64,000 bases of DNA from Paraphysomonas bandaiensis (lineage: Eukaryota; Protista; Chrysophyceae): positions 124,001 to 188,000 of the forward strand of contig CBFFRP010000150.1 of NCBI GenBank assembly GCA_965644295.1, written 5' to 3'. A program made the translations under genes and the position numbers. Positions 25,583-37,944 of this stretch are shown here, one piece after another. The notes under the pieces were generated by a model. It was not told where the DNA came from. It worked only from the letters and a program-made list of their open reading frames with translations, and searched no databases. Position 1 is the stretch's first letter. Every line of letters starts with the position of its first letter.

Positions 25583-27366
25583 ATGCCCATTAGATTTAAT
25601 GATGCTGTAGAGTATCATTTAAAGGCATTTACAGGTGATGAGAGACGGGATGTACTCAAGATGTTAGCTACAATAGGAATGCTTGCGTATTTTGAGAGTA
25701 CAGAAAGTAGAAATCTGTCAAAATCGAGTCTTAAACTTTACTTTGGTATGTATGATGAGTGTATGTATGCTGACTATGACACATACATGTATACTAACAT
25801 TCTGCTGTGTATACATATGTAAAGCTACTGGTATATATATTTATGCTGTCTATAGATGCGAAATTGCTGCTCGCTATATATAAGTATAGCTCAGTATTTG
25901 AATATATATACTCCCGTTTATTATGATTGTTCCCATTCAGATAAAGCTGAAGGCATACTTACTAGTTTTCGGTATCGACGAATACCTAATACCGTTACTG
26001 CCCCTGAGGGTAAAGTGATGAGATCAAAAACACGTCATTCCAGAGCAGATGCACTGTTTCATTATCCTTTTTGTGATGAGTTTGGTGGAGTACAAGACAT
26101 TCTTTCAACAGTTAACTCTGATCTCAGTGGCATAAACTCATCCTCTACTCTTCAGGAAGCAACAGCTCCTGGACTGAAACATATGATTGAGAAGGTCTTT
26201 CATGAAATGAAAATCGGGTCAGGCGGAATGCGGGCATCTGATATACCAGAGGCCTTGAAGGTATGTTAATATCATTTGTCATCGTATGGTATTATGGTTG
26301 ACGTTATATACAGATGCTGGGTTTGCCGGGACGTGTAGATTCGTCTGATGGTCTGAACAAGCACAATCTTATTCCTCTTGAGCAGTGGAACATGATTGTG
26401 CGACGATTACTGGTATCGGAGTCTGTACATCGGGATGTGCCGGACACTGGACGGACTTCTTTGAGCAGTCGGCCTCAAAGTAGTCGTAGTCGTAATTCCG
26501 AAGCGGGAAGTCGCTCTACCCGTGCACGAGATCATCACAACAGGGTGCATGAATATAATTACGATCTTGATTCGGATGATGGCGATTTCTTGTTCGAAAA
26601 AGACGATGGAGAGGAATCTACAGAGCGTTTTGATGAAGATGAACACGAGAGAGAGGCGGAGTACAACCCACCATCCTACTTAAAACCCACAGCGTGCCGT
26701 TCTGCAGCAGCATTGCGACCGACAGCCCAAAGAAGCCCTCAATGCACTAAAGCGAAGACCAAGGAAAATTTTACCGCGAAGAGAGTTAGCCACAGAGCGC
26801 AGATCAGAGAAGATAGGAGACACTGGCGCAGGGTGAAAGAGAACAGAACTGAGGCGGCACTGGGAAGCATAGGCACTGCCCGTGTTAATTCACTGATAGA
26901 GAATTCTCGCCACCCTAATAAGTTAGGTGTATCGTCTTACCGTCATACACAGAGCCACGGTCGCACGAAGAACGCTGATCTCTCCTCCGGGTCAAGTAGT
27001 ATTGCAATTGCAGACGCTTTTCTTGATGGCCCCTTGGGGCAGCAGCTACTGGGCTCTACCAAGAGTCAACTGGAATGTGCCAGGGATACTGGTGACAGCG
27101 ACGAGGAGGTGGAGGACATACGTATAACACAGCTGCTTGGTCAAGGTGAGAACGGGGGGGCGTCGCCTCGTCCTGCATCTGCTCCAGTGACTAGTCGCCC
27201 AACTGTCAATGAGACATCGAAACCATCTCCAGAATTGTCTTATTATAGTGGTAATTGGAGGAACACGAAGGGTGGATGGGTGGCGGACTTCGGCCCACCA
27301 CATACGCATGCATTAAGTGTTCAAGCATATGATCACAAAGATGATAGAGTGGAAGTATCTGAGTAA
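25583..27366 (+). CDS. Multi-exon hypothetical protein (largely disordered C-terminus)
   Basis: ORFs 25583-, 25856- and 26314-27366 joined by GT-AG introns; no recognisable domain. Confidence 0.65.
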
Positions 27367-27661
27367 TGGATCCTGTAAGTGTGCTGGTGCTGTATAGAGA
27401 ATGAATTATACTTGGTGGATGAATTAATTCTGAGTGGATGTGTATATCAAGTGCTATGATAATTGATAATCCCTATTAATAATATTTGATTACTATAAGT
27501 CAGTCCCTGTCCTGCAGAATGTTATGTTGATGAACTCGTTTTTCTGAATGTTACATAATATTGGAGAAATAGCGTTTTACCTTCGAGAGAAATTTTAGAT
27601 TAATCGTATGTCATGATTTTTCATCAGGGCTACCAATAATTCTTGAAAATCTTATTATTGC

Positions 27662-27949
27662 TGAGTAATAGGCGTTAAGAATCAGAACCAGCTTAGTTGC
27701 TAGATGAAAACTAGTCAAGCTAGATAGACGTCTACCTGTAACTAACTAGTACAAACTTTTTTTCTTACTATTATTTAGCGCTACGGAAGCTGCTCATGCG
27801 TCGCGGCAGGCACCAAGGTGCAACCACTTTCGTTCTATTACTCAAAGCAAACACAAGCAGTAATAGCTTTAATATGGCTAATTCGTTATTCTTTGGCTTT
27901 GTTGAGGGCGCTAAATAATAGTAGTATATCAGAGTTAAGCACTAGTTAG
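27662..27949 (+). repeat. Repeat B, third diverged copy with internal inverted repeat
   Basis: aataggcgttaag...ggcaccaaggtgcaaccactttcgttc; 27742-27781 pairs with 27908-27949. Confidence 0.7.
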
Positions 27950-29194
27950 CAGGGCTGCGTATCAATTAATTGATTTTCAATTAATTGCAATTAATTGTCA
28001 ATTATTGAAATTGCAATTGTTGAAATTGGGACATCGATTCATAATTGCAATTATAATTGACTCCAGCTAGCTTCAATTAATTGTCAATTAATTGCAATTA
28101 ATTGATATTAAAAAACCCACCTTTTTATGCTGAAAAGTTGTTAAAAAACGGCATTTTTAGTAAAAAATCCAATTTTTAGGATAAAAATCGAAGACTGGTG
28201 AAAGACTATAATATCCATAGGATTATCTCACATAGTAATTCATTTAATTAATTAGCACTAGGAGCGACAAATTGGCACCAGAAGTCATTGCACGAGTGTT
28301 ATTTGAGAAAGTAAATAAATGATGATAATAATAACGAAGAGGCTGCAATAGAGATTTGTCCTGCAGGAAAAGGGGCTCCACATTTTCCGTGATTGACCGC
28401 TACTTGCTTCTATCTAATCATATGCGATCTTTCGAGTTTGGTTCCGATGTGTTAAAAGTCTAATTGTAGGACTATCCACCTATATACAGAGTATATACAT
28501 GTATATTATGCCCTGTATTATAAAAATAAGTGTAGTACAATTACAGAAGTAAGGTTAACACCAGCTTGACTTCCACGACGTTTGCACATACATTGATTGA
28601 CGAACCCTTCATAATGCACCCGATTGTTGAGCGTCATCTGGGCGACAGTGCTGCTATTATTTTTAACGCTGCTTTCGAAAAGGCAGTCGTGAAGATTCAA
28701 TGTGGCAACGAAGCCGTAGCTCGGACGGCAAAGGATCAAACTAAAATATATTTGTTCGATGAGGAAGAAGAAGATTATGACGGTGCGAGTCTAGCTCCGA
28801 ATGACGACGCAGCGCAACGTTTGTTTGATGGTAGCAGGCAGCGGAAGCGAGCAAGACTTAATAAGCAAACGCGTTACGGATGAAACACTTGCATAGCACA
28901 ACCAATAAGGTTGAGAGGTTGCTCAGTAGAGCTACGATTGTTATGACGGGCTTGCTCAAGAGCTTGACTCCTCAACATTTAGTGCTAATTATGATTTTCG
29001 CATGAATCGTTGCCTCTGGAATGAAATGACAGTTGAGGTAGCTATATTCGCAGCTAGTGTATTTTAGTACTAAATAATTGCAATTAATTGCAGTTAATTG
29101 CAATAGTTGAAATTGAGACAGCAAGTAATAATTGCAATTATAATTGACTACAACCTGCGTCAATTAATTGACAATTAATTGATACGCAGCCCTG
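27950..29194 (+). mobile_element. Non-autonomous hAT transposon with C-terminal transposase remnant
   Basis: TIR cagggctgcgtatcaattaattg; 8-bp TSD CTAGTTAG; remnant FEKAVVKIQ...TNKVERLLSRA (28600-29000); caattaattg subterminal repeats. Confidence 0.92.
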
Positions 29195-29501
29195 CTAGTT
29201 AGTTCTATTGTTAGACTATGTTAGTTCTGACTATTGTTAGATTTAGACATTTCATTGCTCTACATGTAAGCCTTAACCTTGATTTTTGTTGAACTCAATG
29301 CACTTTCAAGTAAAATAATTATGACTATTAATCTTAACACTTCACTACATATTCGTGTAACATCTGGTAAACTGGTAAAACATCTGTTCTCAGCAACATC
29401 TGTTTATCATATGTTCACTATTCACCAGTCACTCCTATATCCTATAACTTATATAGTCACACTTCAGTACCTGAATTTAATTCCTTTGTAACTATAATCA
29501 C

Positions 29502-30145
29502 CAGGGCTGCGTAACAATTAATTGAATTGCAATTAATTGTAATTGCAATTAAATTACATGGAACATACATAATAATTGCAATTATAATTGCTCGCTGGAA
29601 GGTTGCAATTAAAGTGCAATTAATTGGCAATTATTTACTATATGTATTAGGGCATAATATTAGAATTAGAAGTTGGAAAACATTAAGGTCAATAGTCAAT
29701 AGAGCCATTTATTGCCTTGTAATGGCCATCGCCCTTAATGGCTATTATAACGGCTATTCAATGGTGGGAAGAGGTTGTCCTCTCATTATAAATATCTTTA
29801 CATTAAGAAAAGTACCTTGTTCTTTGTACGGTCGATTATGTGTCTTTACTCTTGACCTTGAGCAACAAGACTATGTTCAGCTCGATCCATAGCGTATTAC
29901 CCTTATATATCTATAAGTAGTGTGGCAATCATCTTCTTACCGATCCTGGATTGTCAATACAAGACACTGCAGGATTCAAGTGTAATGTGCAGCGGTATGG
30001 ACATGGATTATCAGGGCTTTTTCTGTTTTTTATGCAGTCGAAATACTGGATATTTAGAGTTTTGGTCATGTAATATACAGTATATTATATAGTATTAGAC
30101 AATAATTGGCACAATTTAATTGCAATTAATTGTTACGCAGCCCTG
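29502..30145. mobile_element. hAT MITE (same TIR family)
   Basis: TIR cagggctgcgtaacaattaattg; 8-bp TSD ATAATCAC. Confidence 0.92.
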
Positions 30146-32477
30146 ATAATCACCCGTTAGGCCGTTCCTTACGGTGGGTAAAAATAAAAAATGAAATTTT
30201 TTTTTTTTGCTCTTCCCGTTCCTTACGGTGGTCAAAAAAAAAAATATTTTGGATCATGGTAAGAAATGATTTCATTTCTTTCCAACATACATGGTATGGT
30301 AAGAAATAATATTGCGGCCTATATTAGGAACCTCGAGTCATAATATTGTTATCACGAGTTTTACCAAGCCTATGTCGAGTAGGCTGAGCGCTTGTTGTGA
30401 TTCAAACGGTGTCCTTGAACCAGCATAATGCATCCAATATATCTACATATAACTTTTCAATATATATGGCATGAAACCCCCTTTTCTTTACAAAACACAG
30501 GGTTTTGAGAGTTTCTCCTATAGAAATGGGTGTTTTCATCATGTCATGTTATCTTTTTTTTTGACCAACCGTAAGGTACGGTGTGTTGAGAATGCGAAAG
30601 AAAAAAAATTTCATTTTTTATTTTTACCCTCCGTAAGGAACGGCCTTACTCCTATGAGTTGATTTCACCTATTGCACACTATTAACTCACTTCAATTGCA
30701 CAATATATATCACATCATATTGGAGAACTCAACACCAATAATCAGACATTCACTACTGATGAATTCTTCGAATTACTGTGAACTTCGTGGCATCGGAGTG
30801 AGTTGAATCACAAATGCCGATCTACTGCGTCAACTACAAAATTGAGTATGACATCAAAGTAAAGTGTCAGACAGAATATTGAATGCGAGTACAATTACAC
30901 TGTCACGCAAGAATATGCAATAAAAGTGGTTACTACGTTCTTTACAAAAAACTAACATACTATACTGCTCAACAGAACGCATACACATACAACACAATAA
31001 CCACGGTTCAGTTCATGTTAAATACATGTCAGTATACACACCATCAATTAGCACTAGAGGCATTTGAACTTCGCTGTCGCGTGAAAAATATTATTCAATG
31101 GCAGTGAACATACTGAACTTAGAAACACAATACACTTCATCGAGTGAATGAACCTCACTCTTCCAATGATATCTTTTAACACAGCTACAATCTATAGTCG
31201 CCCACCACGCCCGCGCCCACGTCCGCGTGCGTTTCCCCGTCCTCGGCCACCTCTAGGCGTCTTGGAATGAATGTTGCCTGAGCGCGCACTGGAACTACTT
31301 GTACTGGTTGGAGTGTCTGGTCTCGATTGCTGTCTGGGATACACCGGCGTGCTTGGGGCAGAACTTGAACTGGAGGCACGGTTGCGATTGGCGATCCTCT
31401 TCTTCTGCAATCTTGAGCAACAAGACTATGTTCAGCTCGATCCATAGCGTATTACCCTTATATATCTATAAGTAGTGTGGCAATCATCTTCTTACCGATC
31501 CTGGATTGTCAATACAAGACACTGCAGGATTCAAGTGTAATGTGCAGCGGTATGGACATGGATTATCAGGGCTTTTTCTGTTTTTTATGCAGTCGAAATA
31601 CTGGATATTTAGAGTTTTGGTCATGTAATATACAGTATATTATATAGTATTAGACAATAATTGGCACAATTTAATTGCAATTAATTGTTACGCAGCCCTG
31701 ATAATCACCCGTTACTCCTATGAGTTGATTTCACCTATTGCACACTATTAACTCACTTCAATTGCACAATATATATCACATCATATTGGAGAACTCAACA
31801 CCAATAATCAGACATTCACTACTGATGAATTCTTCGAATTACTGTGAACTTCGTGGCATCGGAGTGAGTTGAATCACAAATGCCGATCTACTGCGTCAAC
31901 TACAAAATTGAGTATGACATCAAAGTAAAGTGTCAGACAGAATATTGAATGCGAGTACAATTACACTGTCACGCAAGAATATGCAATAAAAGTGGTTACT
32001 ACGTTCTTTACAAAAAACTAACATACTATACTGCTCAACAGAACGCATACACATACAACACAATAACCACGGTTCAGTTCATGTTAAATACATGTCAGTA
32101 TACACACCATCAATTAGCACTAGAGGCATTTGAACTTCGCTGTCGCGTGAAAAATATTATTCAATGGCAGTGAACATACTGAACTTAGAAACACAATACA
32201 CTTCATCGAGTGAATGAACCTCACTCTTCCAATGATATCTTTTAACACAGCTACAATCTATAGTCGCCCACCACGCCCGCGCCCACGTCCGCGTGCGTTT
32301 CCCCGTCCTCGGCCACCTCTAGGCGTCTTGGAATGAATGTTGCCTGAGCGCGCACTGGAACTACTTGTACTGGTTGGAGTGTCTGGTCTCGATTGCTGTC
32401 TGGGATACACCGGCGTGCTTGGGGCAGAACTTGAACTGGAGGCACGGTTGCGATTGGCGATCCTCTTCTTCTGCAAT
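29857..32477. repeat. 1066-bp tandem segmental duplication (29857-31411 minus the MITE, versus 31412-32477)
   Basis: Identical ORFs offset by 1066 bp (30883/31949); junction ctgcaat|cttgagcaac at 31411/31412. Confidence 0.93.
30160..30645. mobile_element. PIF/Harbinger (Tourist-like) MITE, 486 bp
   Basis: Long TIR ggccgttccttacgg(t/a)gggtaaaaataaaaaatgaaattttt; TSD TTA; empty site cccgttactcc in the duplicated segment near 31710. Confidence 0.93.
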
Positions 32478-35400
32478 GGGATGGAAGGAGAGTTGGGTGA
32501 AGAGCGTGAATGAGCTGAAAGAGATTTGGTATTTCCTTTCATGTGGCTGCGAGAGGACTTATGATTTACCATCGGGTCGGAGCTATCTAGTCCAGTGAGC
32601 GGGGGAATAATGGTGGCATTAGTCTCTCTAGCAAGCTTCATGCGACCCCTTGAACTATTCATTACATGAAACATGGTCCGAACACGGCTATGTGGGCCAT
32701 GTACAGTACGAGTAGTATAACAACAGTTCTGGGCAACATGATCGAGGAGCTCTATGAAGAGGTTATAGGTCAGACCGTTCGTAATGACTTTATTTCCTCC
32801 AAGATGCGCAACATAGTCGTAAAGCCGCTGTAGCATTGTTTTGCTGCACATAATAAATTATTTACAAAGCATATAATTATGTGTAAGTTTGAATGGCACC
32901 TGCATAAGTCTGGACATACTCCAAAATCCATCAGAAGCGTAAATACACTCTCAAATGGCATTACAACTGTGTCCTTTTTGTTATCTTTCTTTCCGCTTGA
33001 CGACTTGGTACTGGATGACTTGCGAATTATTTGCTTCGAAACATTCCGAGATGAATTACTTTCAGGAAAGTCTTTAAGGGTATCAATGGTGGTACCATCC
33101 GCGTCCGAATTCTCAGATGCCGCAACACTGTATCTCAGTGCCATGGCCAATAACGTCGACTCGTTCTTCCGCATTAAAGTCAGAACCTCACTGGACATAT
33201 CTACTTCGCGGATAGTTGGTTCCCGGTCTTTCTTCGTTTCACAGGTCTCATTACTGGAACTACTCTGGGTAGGTAAAGTGGCCGACGATCCTTCCACCCC
33301 AACAAATGACGGTATTAACGTTGTGCTACGGGATCGCAAAAACCTGGTCCTACCACCCGATCTGTCCATAATGGTCAGCACACAACGAAGTCCCCAGCCC
33401 AGCAATGGACTGTCCTCAGGAATCGGAAGTCCCTTGGGCTGGGTCTTACGCGGTGACGCCGTGCCAGATGGGGCCCCGTTAGGATAAACCACAAAATTGG
33501 CAATGTGCATCAGCACTAACCCAAACTTCGAGAACGATATCAGACTGCCTTTTCTCACGGGTGTGCCATTGCATACGCTAGGGTCGTTAATAATACTATT
33601 GGCTTTGTAAGCTGTCAGCAACATCGGGATCACACCCCAGTCTTTCAATAATGACAGGACACCATCAGTAGTAACAATCTTGGCTGCATTGCGTTTGGTA
33701 TGTTCCATAGTCTGGGGGGGAACGAGGGCCTTATTTGGACAATAAAAACTGAATATCGGCCACAATATTCCGGAGTTAGCTTTAAACAACGACCGACAGG
33801 TCACACTATCCGATTCAGATTTGGAAGTGTTATGGCCGTTCATGAGGGATAACTTAGGTTCTGGTTGATTTGATGGTAAGTCTCCTACCACCCAGAGCCC
33901 CTGCTTTCTTTTGCTGTGCGCAGTAGAGGTTGAGTTTAGAGGGTTACCAACAAGCCGTCTCTTCTTCGCGTCCTCAATCTGTTGATGCCATTTGGCTAGT
34001 TTCCACCGACATGCGCGCTGCAAGCGGTAAATAATATTTTGAAAGAGCTCTTTGCACAATAAGCGCCGAGAAAGAAATTGCTTGATACAAGGGGACCTGT
34101 ACCATCGCTGCAGCTTCATAGCTGCACGTCTCTTCCGGCGGTACGAAATCTTTTTAACTACACCAAGACACATGCGACTGATTACAGTAGAGGCAGCTCC
34201 GCGTTCTTCAACCTTCTGGCGTACTGTTTTCCTAATAAAATTCTGGATTAGAAATAACGCCCTCCAGAATTTAACGTTTGCAATCCAGCTACGGTATTTT
34301 CTGGATATCACAATCGAAGCATGACGCCACTTCTGAAATCGTGCACTGCAAACATGTCGTCGATACTGCGACTGTATCAGTTGCACGAAATGCCCTGCCA
34401 TCTCATTATGTATCCGTTCGAGCGTTTTGAACCCCGTGTGTGTAAGAAAAATGCGGGTGGCTCCGTGTTGGATGCCTACCTGAGGCAACTGAGGAAGGCA
34501 TGGTTCTGAGTTCATGGAACAGTTTGAGAGCTGTTTCGATATTCCCTTCCGTTTCCTCTGTATTGGGGTTGCGATAGGCGATACTTTTTCCTCAGTCACA
34601 ACGTTCCCCTCGTTGAAGGCATCCTGCAGATGGGATGTGACGAGATCGATTCCATAAGACGTTGAGATAATATTACTTCCCGACCTCCCTTCACCATTAT
34701 GTCGAACTTTTCCCGCCAGTGCACGCATAAGAGAATAATACCTATCGTGAAACTGTTCATACGTAAATCGAATAGGAAACCCACTTCGGGCGATACTGAT
34801 AGTCTGCATAATACCACCGTACAACAACTGATCGAGGATACGATCAACTATGAACAGCTCTCGCACATTGTCATTGTTCGGCTTCAAGCACTTTATATAA
34901 TGTGGCTCCGTATCGTTGATGGTGCCAATGAGTTTGGCGACGCTGTCCTTGAAGGTATTGCTAATCGTGGCGATAAGCATCTTAGATGCTCGCTGCCCTC
35001 TCCTTTTCCCAGTAGTATTTGGAACCTCTTCGACTACCGCGTCTCCAAGCTTTCTCATATAGTCAAAAGAGGAGTCTTTCAACATACCAGACAAGGGAAA
35101 TATCCGGTTCTTGTTCATTGCCACGAATCCTCGGCTATTGTACTCGACCGTCCCGGCGTAATGAATGATGCCAAACTTCTGCATACCTTTACCGATAGCA
35201 GATATAGATAAACGACTGTGGCCACCAAGAACAGAGTACACTTGGTTAGCGAAAGAGCTATCAGATCCCGATGGCGCTATACAGGCTTCGTCAAGAAGAG
35301 TTAGCACAGAACATCGTCGATCCGCAATCAAATCTATACAGTCACTGTTCGACGGAAATTCAATAAAGTCCCATTTGATGCCTTCACTAATGTATAGCTC

Positions 35401-36903
35401 CTGTTCTGCTTCTATCATGATCTCATCGAATTGCTTCTGAAGGTGCTCATTAGCATAATTAATCAATAACTGCTCAAGACCATTGTCATCGTAGCTCTCG
35501 AATCCAAATATATCCAACAACGCTATTACACCATAATTTTTGTCACCAAAGAGAGCATAACCTGTCTCGTCCGTTGCTTTTCTAGCGCCACTGTGATCAA
35601 GAACCACACTCGTTACGCTGCGGTGGAAAGATTTGGCCGTGGTTGGTATTGCACCGTTGCCAGAGTGACCCTTCTCTGGATTGCTGCTGGTAGTATCAAC
35701 AGCGAGCATTTTAGCATTGAGGATTTCTATTGTCCAGCTGAACATAGTAGCATACAGAGTCTTCGCAAATACATCGCGCGTCTCTTCTGCCTGCTCACTA
35801 TTGAGTGTCACATTGAGATCTTCATTTGCCACTCGCATAATTTTTGTGGTCAAACCTTGTAGTAGTGCTTCCGAAGATATTCCCAGCAGCTCCGAGGCAT
35901 CATTAAGTGCATACCGCGTTGAATCCTCAATCGTTGTTACTACATCACCCGACGTCGCTGTACGAGACTTGAATTGGATATTTCCTACAGTAAGCACAGC
36001 CATAGCGCACCTCAACATCCCATCCACATCCTCGTTACTGACTCCAAGAATAGACAGAGACTCTTTGAACTTAGCATACAAGACGCGGTCACACACCCCA
36101 TCACGCCGATCGAATATACCAGACTGGTTAAGATATGAGTAACTTTGCAGAGGCTTAATTTTGTACAAACTGCGGTCGTGGTCGTTCGGCTCCGCGCAGA
36201 GCATATAGAAAATGTGGAAATTGCGCTCCCCTGCACCCTGCTGCACTACCCGAGTTGTTTCAAGTAGAAATGTATCTAGCCCAGCACCTTGAAGCTCACC
36301 CGTCGGATCGAAGTAGAGTTTGATGTATTTTCCAAAACGTGAAGAGTTGTCATTTCGAATTGTGCGAGCATTTCCTATAGCATCTAATATAGGATTTGCC
36401 TGCAAAACTCTATGCTGAATGTGACCAAGGGCGCGGGAGTTATCATTGGATCCAGGTTTATTCCAGCCACTCACTCGAGCCAAGTACGACATCACAATTT
36501 TTGTGGTTTCAGTTTTTCCCGCCCCGCTCTCACCACTCACAAGTATACTCTGAAACTTCATTTTACTCTCTGTTGGCCGAGATGTACACGTCGACTGTCT
36601 ATCATCTCCAAACATTTGGAGATAAGCTCGAGTAGCAGTTTTCCATGGATGAGGTGGATAACTCTTTAATAATGATCGATTCGCACGACGATACTTATCA
36701 AGTATATCATTTGTATATAAATTAACAGATTGAAATGGATTGACAGCCAATAAAACATCCCCTGTATTTGTATATATATTCAAATCATTATATCTTTCTT
36801 CAAGAACTTCAAGTATAATGTCTTCAGTTAATGTTGGGAGTTGTACAACATCTTCTACTGTACGTAATTCTACTAAATCATTTAATGTATTCATTGTTTT
36901 CAA
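32258..36903 (-). CDS. Unconventional myosin heavy chain (motor, IQ-like neck, atypical tail)
   Basis: GESGAGKT P-loop, NDNSSRFGKY, LLDIFGFE, PHYIKCLKPN, IQxxxR-like repeats; one intron at about 32847-32898. Confidence 0.95.
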
Positions 36904-37944
36904 TTATGTTGTTAATTTAACATGATAGTATGCCATTCATGCCATTTAATAGAATTCATTTATATTGTAATGGCTTGATTGGCAGTGTATTGATTAATCA
37001 TATGATTATATATGATATCGTGTGATATGTATGTGGTTATGGGGGGTTAATAGAGAGTAGCTTGAATTAGAATAACATGCGCACCTATATGTATATACAG
37101 TAGATCTCATAGAGAAGGATGTAGAGTCGTAGATGTAGTATGGAAGTATGGGATTATATAATGTATGAAATGATCTGTAGAAGGAGTCATACATCAGCCA
37201 ACTCCAACTGCTACTTCGTTTGTAGTATATGGAGTACGGTGTAATATTGATAATGTACGGTGTATATACCCTACTTTCCCGTATATGATACACTGTATAC
37301 TAGTATTGGAAGTGCTGTATACATGTGATGATAATTGCATCAGAAAAAAAAAACTGAAAAGAATATTATCACCAGAAACTTTGTTGAGCCTGATATATCA
37401 GAGGAAACACCACATCTACATGACTATCTGTGACACATTCCAGTCGTTATTATCTCTACGTTTATTCTATGGACGATTGACTTAAGCCTATTCAATTCCA
37501 GAGAAAATATGAGATATTCTCAGAAATTATGTATGATTTTTTCTTCATTTTTGTTAAAAGGAGACTTTTTAGATGTAAAAGTAGACAGTTTTCGTGTTTT
37601 GCACTCGGACCTTTTCAAGCTCTGTGATTGGATATATTCAAAAACTTCACACATTAATGTACATAATAGTATCTTAAAAAGATAATAACTGAAAATAATT
37701 CAGTATAATAATTCGAGTCGTAGTATAGAAATATACTTTTCTTCACCTAATACTAAAAAACTCTGAAATTAATGCTCAAAAATATGGGATATTTAGACCT
37801 CTAGAAAACAGTTGGGTGTTTGGTGGGGCAGATTGAGTGAATATATTCACAGGTTTACAATCCATTCTAACAGTAATTTGTGGCTAATAGATTTCAATAT
37901 ACTATCATACATATCCTGTCTTGCTATCATAACAAGACTTTATC

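Noticed and set aside
32879-36669. Several plus-strand ORFs of 60-200 aa
   Set aside because: Antisense shadows of the myosin CDS
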